Below, piece after piece: positions 28,379 to 42,648 of a stretch of 64,000 nucleotides of DNA. The translations under genes and the position numbers were made by a program. The stretch lies in assembly GCF_009914755.1 (NCBI RefSeq), contig NC_060948.1; one strand, given 5' to 3'. The notes beneath the pieces were generated by a model. It ran no database searches, had not been told where the DNA came from, and saw nothing but the letters and a program-made list of their open reading frames with translations. This DNA is from the human T2T-CHM13v2.0 reference genome, Homo sapiens. Each line of letters starts with the position of its first letter. The first letter of the stretch is position 1.

Positions 28379-31300
28379 GTAATGGACTGGAAAGGAATGG
28401 ACTGGAAAGGAATGGACTCAAATTGAAAGGTCTCGAAAGGAATGGAGTCAAATGGAATGGTCTGGAATGGAATGAACACGAATGTAATGCAACCCAATAG
28501 AATGGAATCGAATGGCATGGAATATAAAGAAATGGAATCGAAGAGAATGGAAACAAATGGAATGGAATTGAATGGAATGGGAACGAATGGAGTGAAATTG
28601 TATGCAGTAGAAGAGAATAGAATGGAATGCAAGCGAAAGGAAAGGAATGGATTGGAATGGAATGGAATTCATTGGAATGGAAGGGAATGTAGTGTAATGG
28701 ACAGGCCTGGAATAAAGTGGAATGCTACGGTCTCGAATGGAATAAAAATGTATGGAATGGAATGCAATGAAACGGAATCGAATGTCATAGAATGTAATGG
28801 AATGCAAAAAAATGGAATCCAAAATCATTGACTGGAAAGGCTGGGTGTCGAAAGGAATTGACTCCAATGGAATGGAATCGAATGGAATGGAAGTGAATAG
28901 AATCGAACTAAATCGAATGGAATGGAATTGATAGGAACGGAATGGAAAGGAATGCAATGATTTGGCATGGAATGGAATCGAATGGCATCGAATGGAATGG
29001 AATGGAATGCAATGGAATGGAATGTATTAGAATGTAATGAACTTTAATGGAATGTACTCGAATGGATTCGACTGGAATGGAATGTTCTGGAAGTGAATGG
29101 ACTCCAATGGAATGGATTCAAAAGGAATGGAATCGTACGGAATGGAATCTAATGGAATGGAATTAAATGGAAATGAATCAAATTGAATAGCACGGAATTG
29201 AATTGAATGGAATGGAATGCAATGGAATCTAATGAAACGGAAAGGAAAGGAATGGAATGGAATGGAATGGGCTGGAATGGAAAGGAATCGAAACGAATGG
29301 AATGGAATCGAACTGAAGAGACTGGAATGGAATGCACTGGAATGGAAGGGAGTGTAATGGAAGGTTCTCGAAAAAAATGGAATCGAATGGAATGGAATTG
29401 AATGGAACGGAATAGAGTCGAATGGAATTGAATGGAATGGAATGGACTAGAGTGAAATGGAATCGAACCACAAGGAATGGACAGGAATAGAATGGTCTCG
29501 AATTGAATGGAATCGTATGGAATGGCATCAAACGGAATGGAATGGACAGCCACGGAATGGAATGCACTCGAATGCAATGGAGTCGAAACTAATGGACTGG
29601 AATAGAATGGACTCGACTGGTACGGACTCCAATGGAATGGAATCGAATGGAAGGGAATCGAACGGAAGGGAAACGAACGGAATGGACTCGAAGGGAAAAG
29701 ACTGCAATGGAAAGGTCTCGAATGGAATGGAAATTAATGGAATGGAATAGAATCGAATGAAATGGAGTCAAAAGGAATGGAATCGAATGGCAAGAAATCG
29801 AATGTAATGGAATCGCCAGGAATTGATGTGAACGGAACGGAATGGAATGGAATCCAAAGGAATGGAATAGAATGGAATGGAATCGAATGGAAAGGACTCG
29901 AATGGAAATCACTCGAATAGAATGCAATTTAATAAAATAGGATCAAATGTAATGGAATGGAATGGAAAGGAATCGAAACGAAAGGAATGGAGACAGATGG
30001 AATGGAATGGAACAGAGAGCAATGGTATAGAATGGAATGGAATCATCTGGAATGGAATTGAATGGAATGGAATAATATGAAATGGAATGGAATGGAATGC
30101 CCTTGAATTAAATGGACTAGAATGGAATGGACTCAAACAGAGTGGAATGGAAAGTGTGGAGATAGAATGGAATGAACTCCTTTGGAATGGTGTAGTATGC
30201 AATGCAATCGACTGGCAGGGAATCAAAAGGTATGTAATCGAATGGATTGGACTGGAATGCAAAGGACACGAATAGATTGGAAACGGAATGCAAAGGAATG
30301 GAATGGAATAGTATGGAATGCAATGGAAGGGAATGGATTGGAATAGACTAGAGTGGAATGGAATGGACTGGAAAGCAATGGACTGGAATGGAACTTTCTT
30401 GGATGGACTGGAATCAAACGGAATGGAATGCAGTGTAATCAAATGGCATGGAATAAAATAGAATGAAAGAGAATCAAATGGAATTGAATCGAATGGAATC
30501 GAATGGATTGGAAAGGAATAGAATGGAATGGAATGGAATTGACTCAAATGGAATGGACTAGAATGGAATGGATTCGAATGGAAGGCAAAGGAATGGAATC
30601 TATTGGAATGGACTGTAATGGAATGGAATGGAAGGGATTGGAATGGACTCGAATGGAATGGACTGCAATAGAAAGGATTCGAATGGAATGAAAAAGAATT
30701 GAATGGAATAGAACAGAATGGAATCAAATCGAATGAAATGGAATGGAATAGAAAGGAATGGAATGAAATGGAATGGAAAGGATTCGAATGGAATGCAATC
30801 GAATGGAATGGAATCGAACGGAATGGAATAAAATGGAAGAAAACTGGCAAGAAATGGAATCGAAATGAATGGAGTGTTATGGAACGGACTCAAAAGGAAT
30901 TGAATGTAATAGAATGGAGTGGAGTGGACTCGAATATAATGGACTGGAATGGAATGAAATCACATGGAATGGGAACGAATGGAATGGAATGGAAAGGAAT
31001 GGAATCGAATGGAAAGGAATCGAATGGAAGGGAATGAAATTGAATCAACACGAATGGAAGGGAATAGAATAGACTGTAATGGAATGGACTCGAATAGAAT
31101 GGACACGAATGCTCAAATTAAATGGACTCGAATGGAATGGAAACGAAAGGAATGTCATCGAATGGAATTGAATCGATTGGAATGAAATCGCATAGAATGG
31201 AGTGGAATCAAATGGAATTGAATCGAAAGGAAAGGAAGCGAATGGACTGAAATGAAATGGAATGGAATTGAATGGAAAGTAATGCAATGGAATAGAATGG

Positions 31301-31937
31301 AACGAAATTTCACGGAATGGAATCAAACTGAATGGAATCAAATCAATGGAATCAAATCAAATGGAATGGAAAGGAATTGAATGGAGTAGATGGGATTGGA
31401 TGGGATTGGAATGAAATGTACTGGAAAGGACTCGAATTTCATGAAACGGAATGGAATGAATTGGAACGGAATGGACTCGAATGGAATGGAATGTCATGGG
31501 ATGGCATCAAATGGAATGACATCAAATGGAATGGAATCGAATGCAATGGAATGCTATGGAATGGAATGGAATGCATTGGAATGGAATGTCCGCTAATGGA
31601 ATGGATTCGAGTGGAATGGAATTGAATATAATGGAGTCGAATGAAATGGAATTGAAAGGAATGGGATCGAATACAATGGAATATACTGGAATGTAACGTA
31701 ATGAACTCGAATGTAATTGACTGGAATGGAATGTACATGAATGGAATGTAATCGAATGGAAAGTAATCCAATGGAATAGAATCTAATGCAATAAAATCGA
31801 CTCAGATAGAGTAGAATGTAATGGAATGGAGTGCAGTGCAATGGAATGGAATGGAATGGAATGCAATGGAATGGAATGGAATGGAATGGAATGGAATGGA
31901 ATGGAATGGAATGGGATGGAATGGTATGGAATGGATA
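28379..31937. repeat. Unit 9 (3,559 bp), right-hand type
   Basis: Anchor-to-anchor (anchor variant GGAAAGGAAT). Private 15-bp deletion ~28570. Confidence 0.9.
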
Positions 31938-34900
31938 GTAATGGACTGGAGTGAAATGGACTGGAAAGGAATGGACTCAAATTGAAAGGGCTCGAAAGGA
32001 ATGGAGTCAAATGGAATGGTCTGGAATGGAATGAACACGAATGTAATGCAACCCAATAGAATGGAATCGAATGGCATGGAATATAAAGAAATGGAATCGA
32101 AGAGAATGGAAACAAATGGAATGGAATTGAATGGAATGGAATTGAATGGAATGGGAACGAATGGAGTGAAATTGTATGCAGTAGAAGAGAATAGAATGGA
32201 ATGCAAGCGAAAGGAAAGGAATGGATTGGAATGGAATGGAATTCATTGGAATGGAAGGGAATGTAGTGTAATGGACAGGCCTGGAATAAAGTGGAATGCT
32301 ACGGTCTCGAATGGAATAAAAATGTATGGAATGGAATGCAATGAAACGGAATCGAATGTCATAGAATGTAATGGAATGCAAAAAAATGGAATCCAAAATC
32401 ATTGACTGGAAAGGCTGGGTGTCGAAAGGAATTGACTCCAATGGAATGGAATCGAATGGAATGGAAGTGAATAGAATCGAACTAAATCGAATGGAATGGA
32501 ATTGATAGGAACGGAATGGAAAGGAATGCAATGATTTGGCATGGAATGGAATCGAATGGCATCGAATGGAATGGAATGGAATGCAATGGAATGGAATGTA
32601 TTAGAATGTAATGAACTTTAATGGAATGTACTCGAATGGATTCGACTGGAATGGAATGTTCTGGAAGTGAATGGACTCCAATGGAATGGATTCAAAAGGA
32701 ATGGAATCGTACGGAATGGAATCTAATGGAATGGAATTAAATGGAAATGAATCAAATTGAATAGCACGGAATTGAATTGAATGGAATGGAATGCAATGGA
32801 ATCTAATGAAACGGAAAGGAAAGGAATGGAATGGAATGGAATGGGCTGGAATGGAAAGGAATCGAAACGAATGGAATGGAATCGAAGTGAAGAGACTGGA
32901 ATGGAATGCACTGGAATGGAAGGGAGTGTAATGGAAGGTTCTCGAAAAAAATGGAATCGAATGGAATGGAATTGAATGGAACGGAATAGAGTCGAATGGA
33001 ATTGAATGGAATGGAATGGACTAGAGTGAAATGGAATCGAACCACAAGGAATGGACAGGAATAGAATGGTCTCGAATTGAATGGAATCGTATGGAATGGC
33101 ATCAAACGGAATGGAATGGACAGCCACGGAATGGAATGCACTCGAATGCAATGGAGTCGAAACTAATGGACTGGAATAGAATGGACTCGACTGGTACGGA
33201 CTCCAATGGAATGGAATCGAATGGAAGGGAATCAAACGGAAGGGAATCGAACGGAATGGACTCGAAGGGAAAAGACTGCAATGGAAAGGTCTCGAATGGA
33301 ATGGAAATTAATGGAATGGAATGGAATCGAATGAAATGGAGTCAAAAGGAATGGAATCGAATGGCAAGAAATCGAATGTAATGGAATCGCCAGGAATTGA
33401 TGTGAACGGAACGGAATGGAATGGAATCCAAAGGAATGGAATAGAATGGAATGGAATCGAATGGAAAGGACTCGAATGGAAATCACTCGAATAGAATGCA
33501 ATTTAATAAAATAGGATCAAATGTAATGGAATGGAATGGAAAGGAATCGAAACGAAAGGAATGGAGACAGATGGAATGGAATGGAACAGAGAGCAATGGT
33601 ATAGAATGGAATGGAATCATCTGGAATGGAATTGAATGGAATGGAATAATATGAAATGGAATGGAATGGAATGGAATGGAATGGAATGGAATGCCCTTGA
33701 ATTAAATGGACTGGAATGGAATGGACTCAAACAGAGTGGAATGGAAAGTGTGGAGATAGAATGGAATGAACTCCTTTGGAATGGTGTAGTATGCAATGCA
33801 ATCGACTGGCAGGGAATCAAAAGGTATGTAATCGAATGGATTGGACTGGAATGCAAAGGACTCGAATAGATTGGAAACGGAATGCAAAGGAATGGATTGG
33901 AATAGTATGGAATGCAATGGAAGGGAATGGAGTGGAATAGACTAGAGTGGAATGGAATGGACTGGAAAGCAATGGACTGGAATGGAACTTTCTTGGATGG
34001 ACTGGAATCAAACGGAATGGAATGCAGTGCAATCAAATGGCATGGAATAAAATAGAATGAAAGAGAATCAAATGGAATTGAATCGAATGGAATCGAATGG
34101 ATTGGAAAGGAATAGAATGGAATGGAATGGAATGGACTCAAATGGAATGGACTAGAATGGAATGGATTCGAATGGAAGGCAAAGGAATGGAATCTATTGG
34201 AATGGACTGTAATGGAATGGAATGGAAGGGATTGGAATGGACTCGAATGGAATGGACTGCAATAGAAAGGATTCGAATGGAATGAAAAAGAATTGAATGG
34301 AATAGAACAGAATGGAATCAAATCGAATGAAATGGAATGGAATAGAAAGGAATGGAATGAAATGGAATGGAAAGGATTCGAATGGAATGCAATCGAATGG
34401 AATGGAATCGAACGGAATGGAATAAAATGGAAGAAAACTGGCAAGAAATGGAATCGAAATGAATGGAGTGTTATGGAACGGACTCAAAAGGAATTGAATG
34501 TAATAGAATGGAGTGGAGTGGACTCGAATATAATGGACTGGAATGGAATGAAATCACATGGAATGGGAACGAATGGAATGGAATGGAAAGGAATGGAATC
34601 GAATGGAAAGGAATCGAATGGAAGGGAATGAAATTGAATCAACACGAATGGAAGGGAATAGAATAGACTGTAATGGAATGGACTCGAATAGAATGGACAC
34701 GAATGCTCAAATTAAATGGACTCGAATGGAATGGAAACGAAAGGAATGTCATCGAATGGAATTGAATCGATTGGAATGAAATCGCATAGAATGGAGTGGA
34801 ATCAAATGGAATTGAATCGAAAGGAAAGGAAGCGAATGGACTGAAATGAAATGGAATGGAATTGAATGGAAAGTAATGCAATGGAATAGAATGGAACGAA

Positions 34901-35536
34901 ATTTCACGGAATGGAATCAAACTGAATGGAATCAAATCAATGGAATCAAATCAAATGGAATGGAAAGGAATTGAATGGAGTAGATGGGATTGGATGGGAT
35001 TGGAATGAAATGTACTGGAAAGGACTCGAATTTCATGAAACGGAATGGAATGAATTGGAACGGAATGGACTCGAATGGAATGGAATGTCATGGGATGGCA
35101 TCAAATGGAATGGCATCAAATGGAATGGAATCGAATGCAATGGAATGCTATGGAATGGAATGGAATGCATTGGAATGGAATGTCCTCTAATGGAATGGAT
35201 TCGAGTGGAATGGAATTGAATATAATGGAGTCGAATGAAATGGAATTGAAAGGAATCGGATCGAATACAATGGAATATACAGGAATGTAACGTAATGAAT
35301 TGGAATGTAATTGACTGGAATGGAATGTACATGAATGGAATGTAATCGAATGGAAAGTAATCCAATGGAATAGAATCTAATGCAATAAAATCGACTCAGA
35401 TAGAGTAGAATGTAATGGAATGGAGTGCAGTGCAATGGAATGGAATGGAATGGAATGCAATGGAATGGAATGGAATGGAATGGAATGGAATGGAATGGAA
35501 TGGAATGGAATGGGATGGAATGGTATGGAATGGATA
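31938..35536. repeat. Unit 10 (3,599 bp, longest)
   Basis: Anchor-to-anchor. Expanded pure GGAAT tracts at 33658-33692 and 35462-35511. Confidence 0.9.
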
Positions 35537-38500
35537 GTAATGGACTGGAGTGAAATGGACTGGAAAGGAATGGACTCAAATTGAAAGGGCTCGAAAGGAA
35601 TGGAGTCAAATGGAATGGTCTGGAATGGAATGAACACGAATGTAATGCAACCCAATAGAATGGAATCGAATGGCATGGAATATAAAGTAATGGAATCGAA
35701 GAGAATGGAAACAAATGGAATGGAATTGAATGGAATGGAATTGAATGGAATGGGAACGAATGGAGTGAAATTGTATGCAGTAGAAGAGAATAGAATGGAA
35801 TGCAAGCGAAAGGAAAGGAATGGATTGGAATGGAATGGAATTCATTGGAATGGAAGGGAATGTAGTGTAATGGACAGGCCTGGAATAAAGTGGAATGCTA
35901 CGGTCTCGAATGGAATAAAAATGTATGGAATGGAATGCAATGAAACGGAATCGAATGTCATAGAATGTAATGGAATGCAAAAAAATGGAATCCAAAATCA
36001 TTGACTGGAAAGGCTGGGTGTCGAAAGGAATTGACTCCAATGGAATGGAATCGAATGGAATGGAAGTGAATAGAATCGAACTAAATCGAATGGAATGGAA
36101 TTGATAGGAACGGAATGGAAAGGAATGCAATGATTTGGCATGGAATGGAATCGAATGGCATCGAATGGAATGGAATGGAATGCAATGGAATGGAATGTAT
36201 TATAATGTAATGAACTTTAATGGAATGTACTCGAATGGATTCGACTGGAATGGAATGTTCTGGAAGTGAATGGACTCCAATGGAATGGATTCAAAAGGAA
36301 TGGAATCGTACGGAATGGAATCTAATGGAATGGAATTAAATGGAAATGAATCAAATTGAATAGCACGGAATTGAATTGAATGGAATGGAATGCAATGGAA
36401 TCTAATGAAACGGAAAGGAAAGGAATGGAATGGAATGGAATGGGCTGGAATGGAAAGGAATCGAAACGAATGGAATGGAATCGAAGTGAAGAGACTGGAA
36501 TGGAATGCACTGGAATGGAAGGGAGTGTAATGGAAGGTTCTCGAAAAAAATGGAATCGAATGGAATGGAATTGAATGGAACGGAATAGAGTCGAATGGAA
36601 TTGAATGGAATGGAATGGACTAGAGTGAAATGGAATCGAACCACAAGGAATGGACAGGAATAGAATGGTCTCGAATTGAATGGAATCGTATGGAATGGCA
36701 TCAAACGGAATGGAATGGACAGCCACGGAATGGAATGCACTCGAATGCAATGGAGTCGAAACTAATGGACTGGAATAGAATGGACTCGACTGGTACGGAC
36801 TCCAATGGAATGGAATCGAATGGAAGGGAATCGAACGGAAGGGAATCGAACGGAATGGACTCGAAGGGAAAAGACTGCAATGGAAAGGTCTCGAATGGAA
36901 TGGAAATTAATGGAATGGAATGGAATCGAATGAAATGGAGTCAAAAGGAATGGAATCGAATGGCAAGAAATCGAATGTAATGGAATCGCCAGGAATTGAT
37001 GTGAACGGAACGGAATGGAATGGAATCCAAAGGAATGGAATAGAATGGAATGGAATCGAATGGAAAGGACTCGAATGGAAATCACTCGAATAGAATGCAA
37101 TTTAATAAAATAGGATCAAATGTAATGGAATGGAATGGAAAGGAATCGAAACGAAAGGAATGGAGACAGATGGAATGGAATGGAACAGAGAGCAATGGTA
37201 TAGAATGGAATGGAATCATCTGGAATGGAATTGAATGGAATGGAATAATATGAAATGGAATGGAATGGAATGGAATGGAATGCCCTTGAATTAAATGGAC
37301 TGGAATGGAATGGACTCAAACAGAGTGGAATGGAAAGTGTGGAGATAGAATGGAATGAACTCCTTTGGAATGGTGTAGTATGCAATGCAATCGACTGGCA
37401 GGGAATCAAAAGGAATGTAATCGAATGGATTGGACTGGAATGCAATGGACTCGAATAGATTGGAAACGGAATGCAAAGGAATGGAATGGAATAGTATGGA
37501 ATGCAATGGAAGGGAATGGAGTGGAATAGACTAGAGTGGAATGGAATGGACTGGAAAGCAATGGACTGGAATGGAACTTTCTTGGATGGACTGGAATCAA
37601 ACGGAATGGAATGCAATGCAATCAAATGGCATGGAATAAAATAGAATGAAAGAGAATCAAATGGAATTGAATCGAATGGAATCGAATGGATTGGAAAGGA
37701 ATAGAATGGAATGGAATGGAATGGACTCAAATGGAATGGACTAGAATGGAATGGATTCGAATGGAAGGCAAAGGAATGGAATCTATTGGAATGGACTGTA
37801 ATGGAATGGAATGGAAGGGATTGGAATGGACTCGAATGGAATGGACTGCAATAGAAAGGATTCGAATGGAATGAAAAAGAATTGAATGGAATAGAACAGA
37901 ATGGAATCAAATCGAATGAAATGGAATGGAATAGAAAGGAATGGAATGAAATGGAATGGAAAGGATTCGAATGGAATGCAATCGAATGGAATGGAATCGA
38001 ACGGAATGGAATAAAATGGAAGAAAACTGGCAAGAAATGGAATCGAAATGAATGGAGTGTTATGGAACGGACTCAAAAGGAATTGAATGTAATAGAATGG
38101 AGTGGAGTGGACTCGAATATAATGGACTGGAATGGAATGAAATCACATGGAATGGGAACGAATGGAATGGAATGGAAAGGAATGGAATCGAATGGAAAGG
38201 AATCGAATGGAAGGGAATGAAATTGAATCAACACGAATGGAAGGGAATAGAATAGACGGTAATGGAATGGACTCGAATAGAATGGACACGAATGCTCAAA
38301 TTGAATGGACTCGAATGGAATGGAAACGAAAGGAATGTCATCGAATGGAATTGAATCGATTGGAATGAAATCGCATAGAATGGAGTGGAATCAAATGGAA
38401 TTGAATCGAAAGGAAAGGAAGCGAATGGACTGAAATGAAATGGAATGGAATTGAATGGAAAGTAATGCAATGGAATAGAATGGAACGAAATTTCACGGAA

Positions 38501-39100
38501 TGGAATCAAACTGAATGGAATCAAATCAATGGAATCAAATCAAATGGAATGGAGTAGATTGGATTGGATGGGATTGGAATGAAATGTACTGGAAAGGACT
38601 CGAATTTCATGAAACGGAATGGAATGAATTGGAACAGAATGGACTCGAATGGAATGGAATGTCATAGAATGGCATCAAATGGAATGGCATCAAATGGAAT
38701 GGAATCGAATGCAATGGAATGCTATGGAATGGAATGGAATGCATTGGAATGGAATGTCCTCTAATGGAATGGATTCGAGTGGAATGGAATCGAATATAAT
38801 GGAGTCGAATGAAATGGAATTGAAAGGAATGGGATCGAATACAATGGAATATACTGGAATGTAATGTAATGAACTCGAATGTAATTGACTGGAATGGAAT
38901 GTACATGAATGGAATGTAATCGAATGGAAAGTAATCCAATGGAATAGAATCTAATGCAATAAAATCGACTCAGATAGTGTAGAATGTAATGGAATGGAGT
39001 GCAGTGCAATGGAATGGAATGGAATGGAATGCAATGGAATGGAATGGAATGGAATGGAATGGAATGGAATGGAATGGGATGGAATGGTATGGAATGGATA
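35537..39100. repeat. Unit 11 (3,564 bp)
   Basis: Anchor-to-anchor. Tail matches unit-7 tail (15-bp deletion ~38545, CAGATAGTGT). Confidence 0.9.
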
Positions 39101-42100
39101 GTAATGGACTGGAGTGAAATGGACTGGAAAGGAATGGACTCAAATTGAAAGGGCTCGAAAGGAATGGAGTCAAATGGAATGGTCTGGAATGGAATGAACA
39201 CGAATGTAATGCAATCCAATAGAATGGAATCGAATGGCATGGAATATAAAGAAATGGAATCGAAGAGAATGGAAACAAATGGAATGGAATTGAATGGAAT
39301 GGAATTGAATGGAATGGGAACGAATGGAGTGAAATTGTATGCAGTAGAAGGCAATAGAATGGAATGCAACCGAAAGGAAAGGAATGGATTGGAATGGAAT
39401 GGAATTCATTGGAATGGAAGGGAATGTAGTGTAATGGACAGGCCTGGAATAAAGTGGAATGCTACGGTCTCGAATGGAATAAAAATGTATGGAATGGAAT
39501 GCAATGAAACGGAATCGAATGTCATAGAATGTAATGGAATGCAAAAAAATGGAATCCAAAATCATTGAATGGAAAGGCTGGGTGTCGAAAGGAATTGACT
39601 GCAATGGAATGGAATCGAATGGAATGGAAGTGAATAGAATCGAACTAAATCGAATGGAATGGAATTGATAGGAACGGAATGGAAAGGAATGCAATGATTT
39701 GGCATGGAATGGAATCGAATGGCATCGAATGGAATGGAATGGAATGCAATGGAATGGAATGTATTAGAATGTAATGAACATTAGTGGAATGTACTCGAAT
39801 GGATTCGACTGGAATGGAATGTTCTGGAAGTGAATGGACTCCAATGGAATGGATTCGAAAGGAATGGAATCGAACGGAATGGAATCTAATGGAATGGAAT
39901 TAAATGGAAATGAATCAAATTGAATAGCACGGAATTGAATTGAATGGAATCGAATGCAATGGAATCTAATGAAACGGAAAGGAAAGAATGGAATGGAATA
40001 GAATGGGCTGGAATGGAAAGGAATCGAAACGAATGGAATGGAATCGAACTGAGGAGACTGGAATGGAATGCACTGGAATGGAAGGGAGTGTAATGGAAGG
40101 TTCTCGAAAAAAATGGAATCGAATGGAATGGAATTGAATGGAACGGAATAGAGTCGAATGGAATTGAATGGAATGGAATGGACTAGAGTGAAATGGAATC
40201 GAACCACAAGGAATGGACAGGAATAGAATGGTCTCGAATTGAATGGAATCGTATGGAATGGCATCAAACGGAATGGAATGGACAGCCACGGAATGGAATG
40301 CACTCGAATGCAATGGAGTCGAAACTAATGGACTGGAATAGAATGGACTCGACTGGTACGGACTCCAATGGAATGGAATCGAATGGAAGGGAATCGAACG
40401 GAATGGACTCGAAGGGAAAAGACTGCAATGGAAAGGTCTCGAATGGAATGGAAATTAATGGAATGGAATGGAATCGAATGAAATGGAGTCAAAAGGAATG
40501 GAATCGAATGGCAAGAAATCGAATGTAATGGAATCGCAAGGAATTGATGTGAACGGAACGGAATGGAATGGAATCCAAAGGAATGGAATAGAATGGAATG
40601 GAATCGAATGGAAAGGACTCGAATGGAAATCACTCGAATAGAATGCAATTTAATAAAATAGGATCAAATGTAATAGAATGGAATGGAAAGGAATCGAAAC
40701 GGAAGGAATGGAGACAGATGGAATGGAATGGAACAGAGAGCAATGGTATAGAATGGAATGGAATCATCTGGAATGGAATTGAATGGAATGGAATAATATG
40801 AAATGGAATGGAATGGAATGGAATGGAATGCCCTTGAATTAAATGGACTGGACTCGAACAGAGTGGAATGGAAAGTGTTGAGATAGAATGGAATGGACTC
40901 CTTTGGAATGGTGTAGTATGCAATGCAATCGACTGGCAGGGAATCAAAAGGAATGTAATCGAATGGATTGGACTGGAATGCAATGGACTCGAATAGATTG
41001 GAAACGGAATGCAAAGGAATGGAATGGAATAGTATGGAATGCAATGGAAGGGAATGGAGTGGAATAGACTAGAGTGGAATGGAATGGACTGGAAAGCAAT
41101 GGACTGGAATGGAACTTTCTTGGATGGATTGGAATCAAACGGAATGGAATGCAATGCAATCAAATGGCATGGAATAAAATAGAATGAAAGAGAATCAAAT
41201 GGAATTGAATCAAATGGAATCGAATGGATTGGAAAGGAATAGAATGGAATGGAATGGAATTGACTCAAATGGAATGGACTAGAATGGAATGGATTCGAAT
41301 GGAAGGCAAAGGAATGGAATCTATTGGAATGGACTGTAATGGAATGGAATGGAAGGGATTGGAATGGACTCGAATGGAATGGACTGCAATAGAAAGGATT
41401 CGAATGGAATGAAAAAGAATTGAATGGAATAGAACAGAATGGAATCAAATCGAATGAAATGGAATGGAATAGAAAGGAATGGAATGAAATGGAATGGAAA
41501 GGATTCGAATGGAATGCAATCGAATGGAATGGAATCGAACGGAATGGAATAAAATGGAAGAAAACTGGCAAGAAATGGAATCGAAATGAATGGAGTGTTA
41601 TGGAACGGACTCAAAAGGAATTGAATGTAATAGAATGGAGTGGAGTGGACTCCAATATAATGGACTGGAATGGAATGAAATCACACGGAATGGGAACGAA
41701 TGGAATGGAATGGAAAGGAATGGAATTGAATGAAAAGGAATCGAATGGAAGGGAATGAAATTGAATCAACAGGAATGGAAGGGAATAGAATAGACTGTAA
41801 TGCAATGGACTCGAATAGAATGGACACGAATGCTCAAATTAAATGGACTCGAATGGAATGGAAACGAAAGGAATGTCATCGAATGGAATTGAATCGATTG
41901 GAATGAAATCGCATAGAATGGAGTGGAATCAAATGGATTTGAATCGAAAGGAAAGGAAGCGAATGGACTGAAATGAAATGGAATGGAATTGAATGGAAAG
42001 TAATGCAATGGAATAGAATGGAACGAAATTTCACGGAATGGAATCAAACTGAATGGAATCAAATCAATGGAATCAAATCAAATGGAATGGAAAGGAATTG

Positions 42101-42648
42101 AATGGAGTAGATGGGATTGGATGGGATTGGAATGAAATGTACTGGAAAGGACTCGAATTTCATGAAACGGAATGGAATGAATTGGAACGGAATGGACTCG
42201 AATGGAATGGAATGTCATGGGATGGCATCAAATGGAATGGCATCAAATGGAATGGAATGGAATGCAATGGAATGCTATGGAATGGAATGGAATGCATTGG
42301 AATGGAATGTCCTCTAATGGAATGGATTCGAGTGGAATGGAATTGAATATAATGGAGTCGAATGAAATGGAATTGAAAGGAATGGGATCGAATAAAATGG
42401 AATATACTGGAATGTAACGTAATGAACTCGAATGTAATTGACTGGAATGGAATGTACATGAATGGAATGTAATCGAATGGAAAGTAATCCAATGGAATAG
42501 AATCTAATGCAATAAAATCGACTCAGATAGAGTAGAATGTAATGGAATGGAGTGCAGTGCAATGGAATGGAATGGAATGGAATGCAATGGAATGGAATGG
42601 AATGGAATGGAATGGAATGGAATGGGATGGAATGGTATGGAATGGATA
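39101..42648. repeat. Unit 12 (3,548 bp), sister of unit 8
   Basis: Shares the 1-bp and 10-bp deletions and many SNVs with unit 8 but lacks the 15-bp duplication. Confidence 0.9.
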
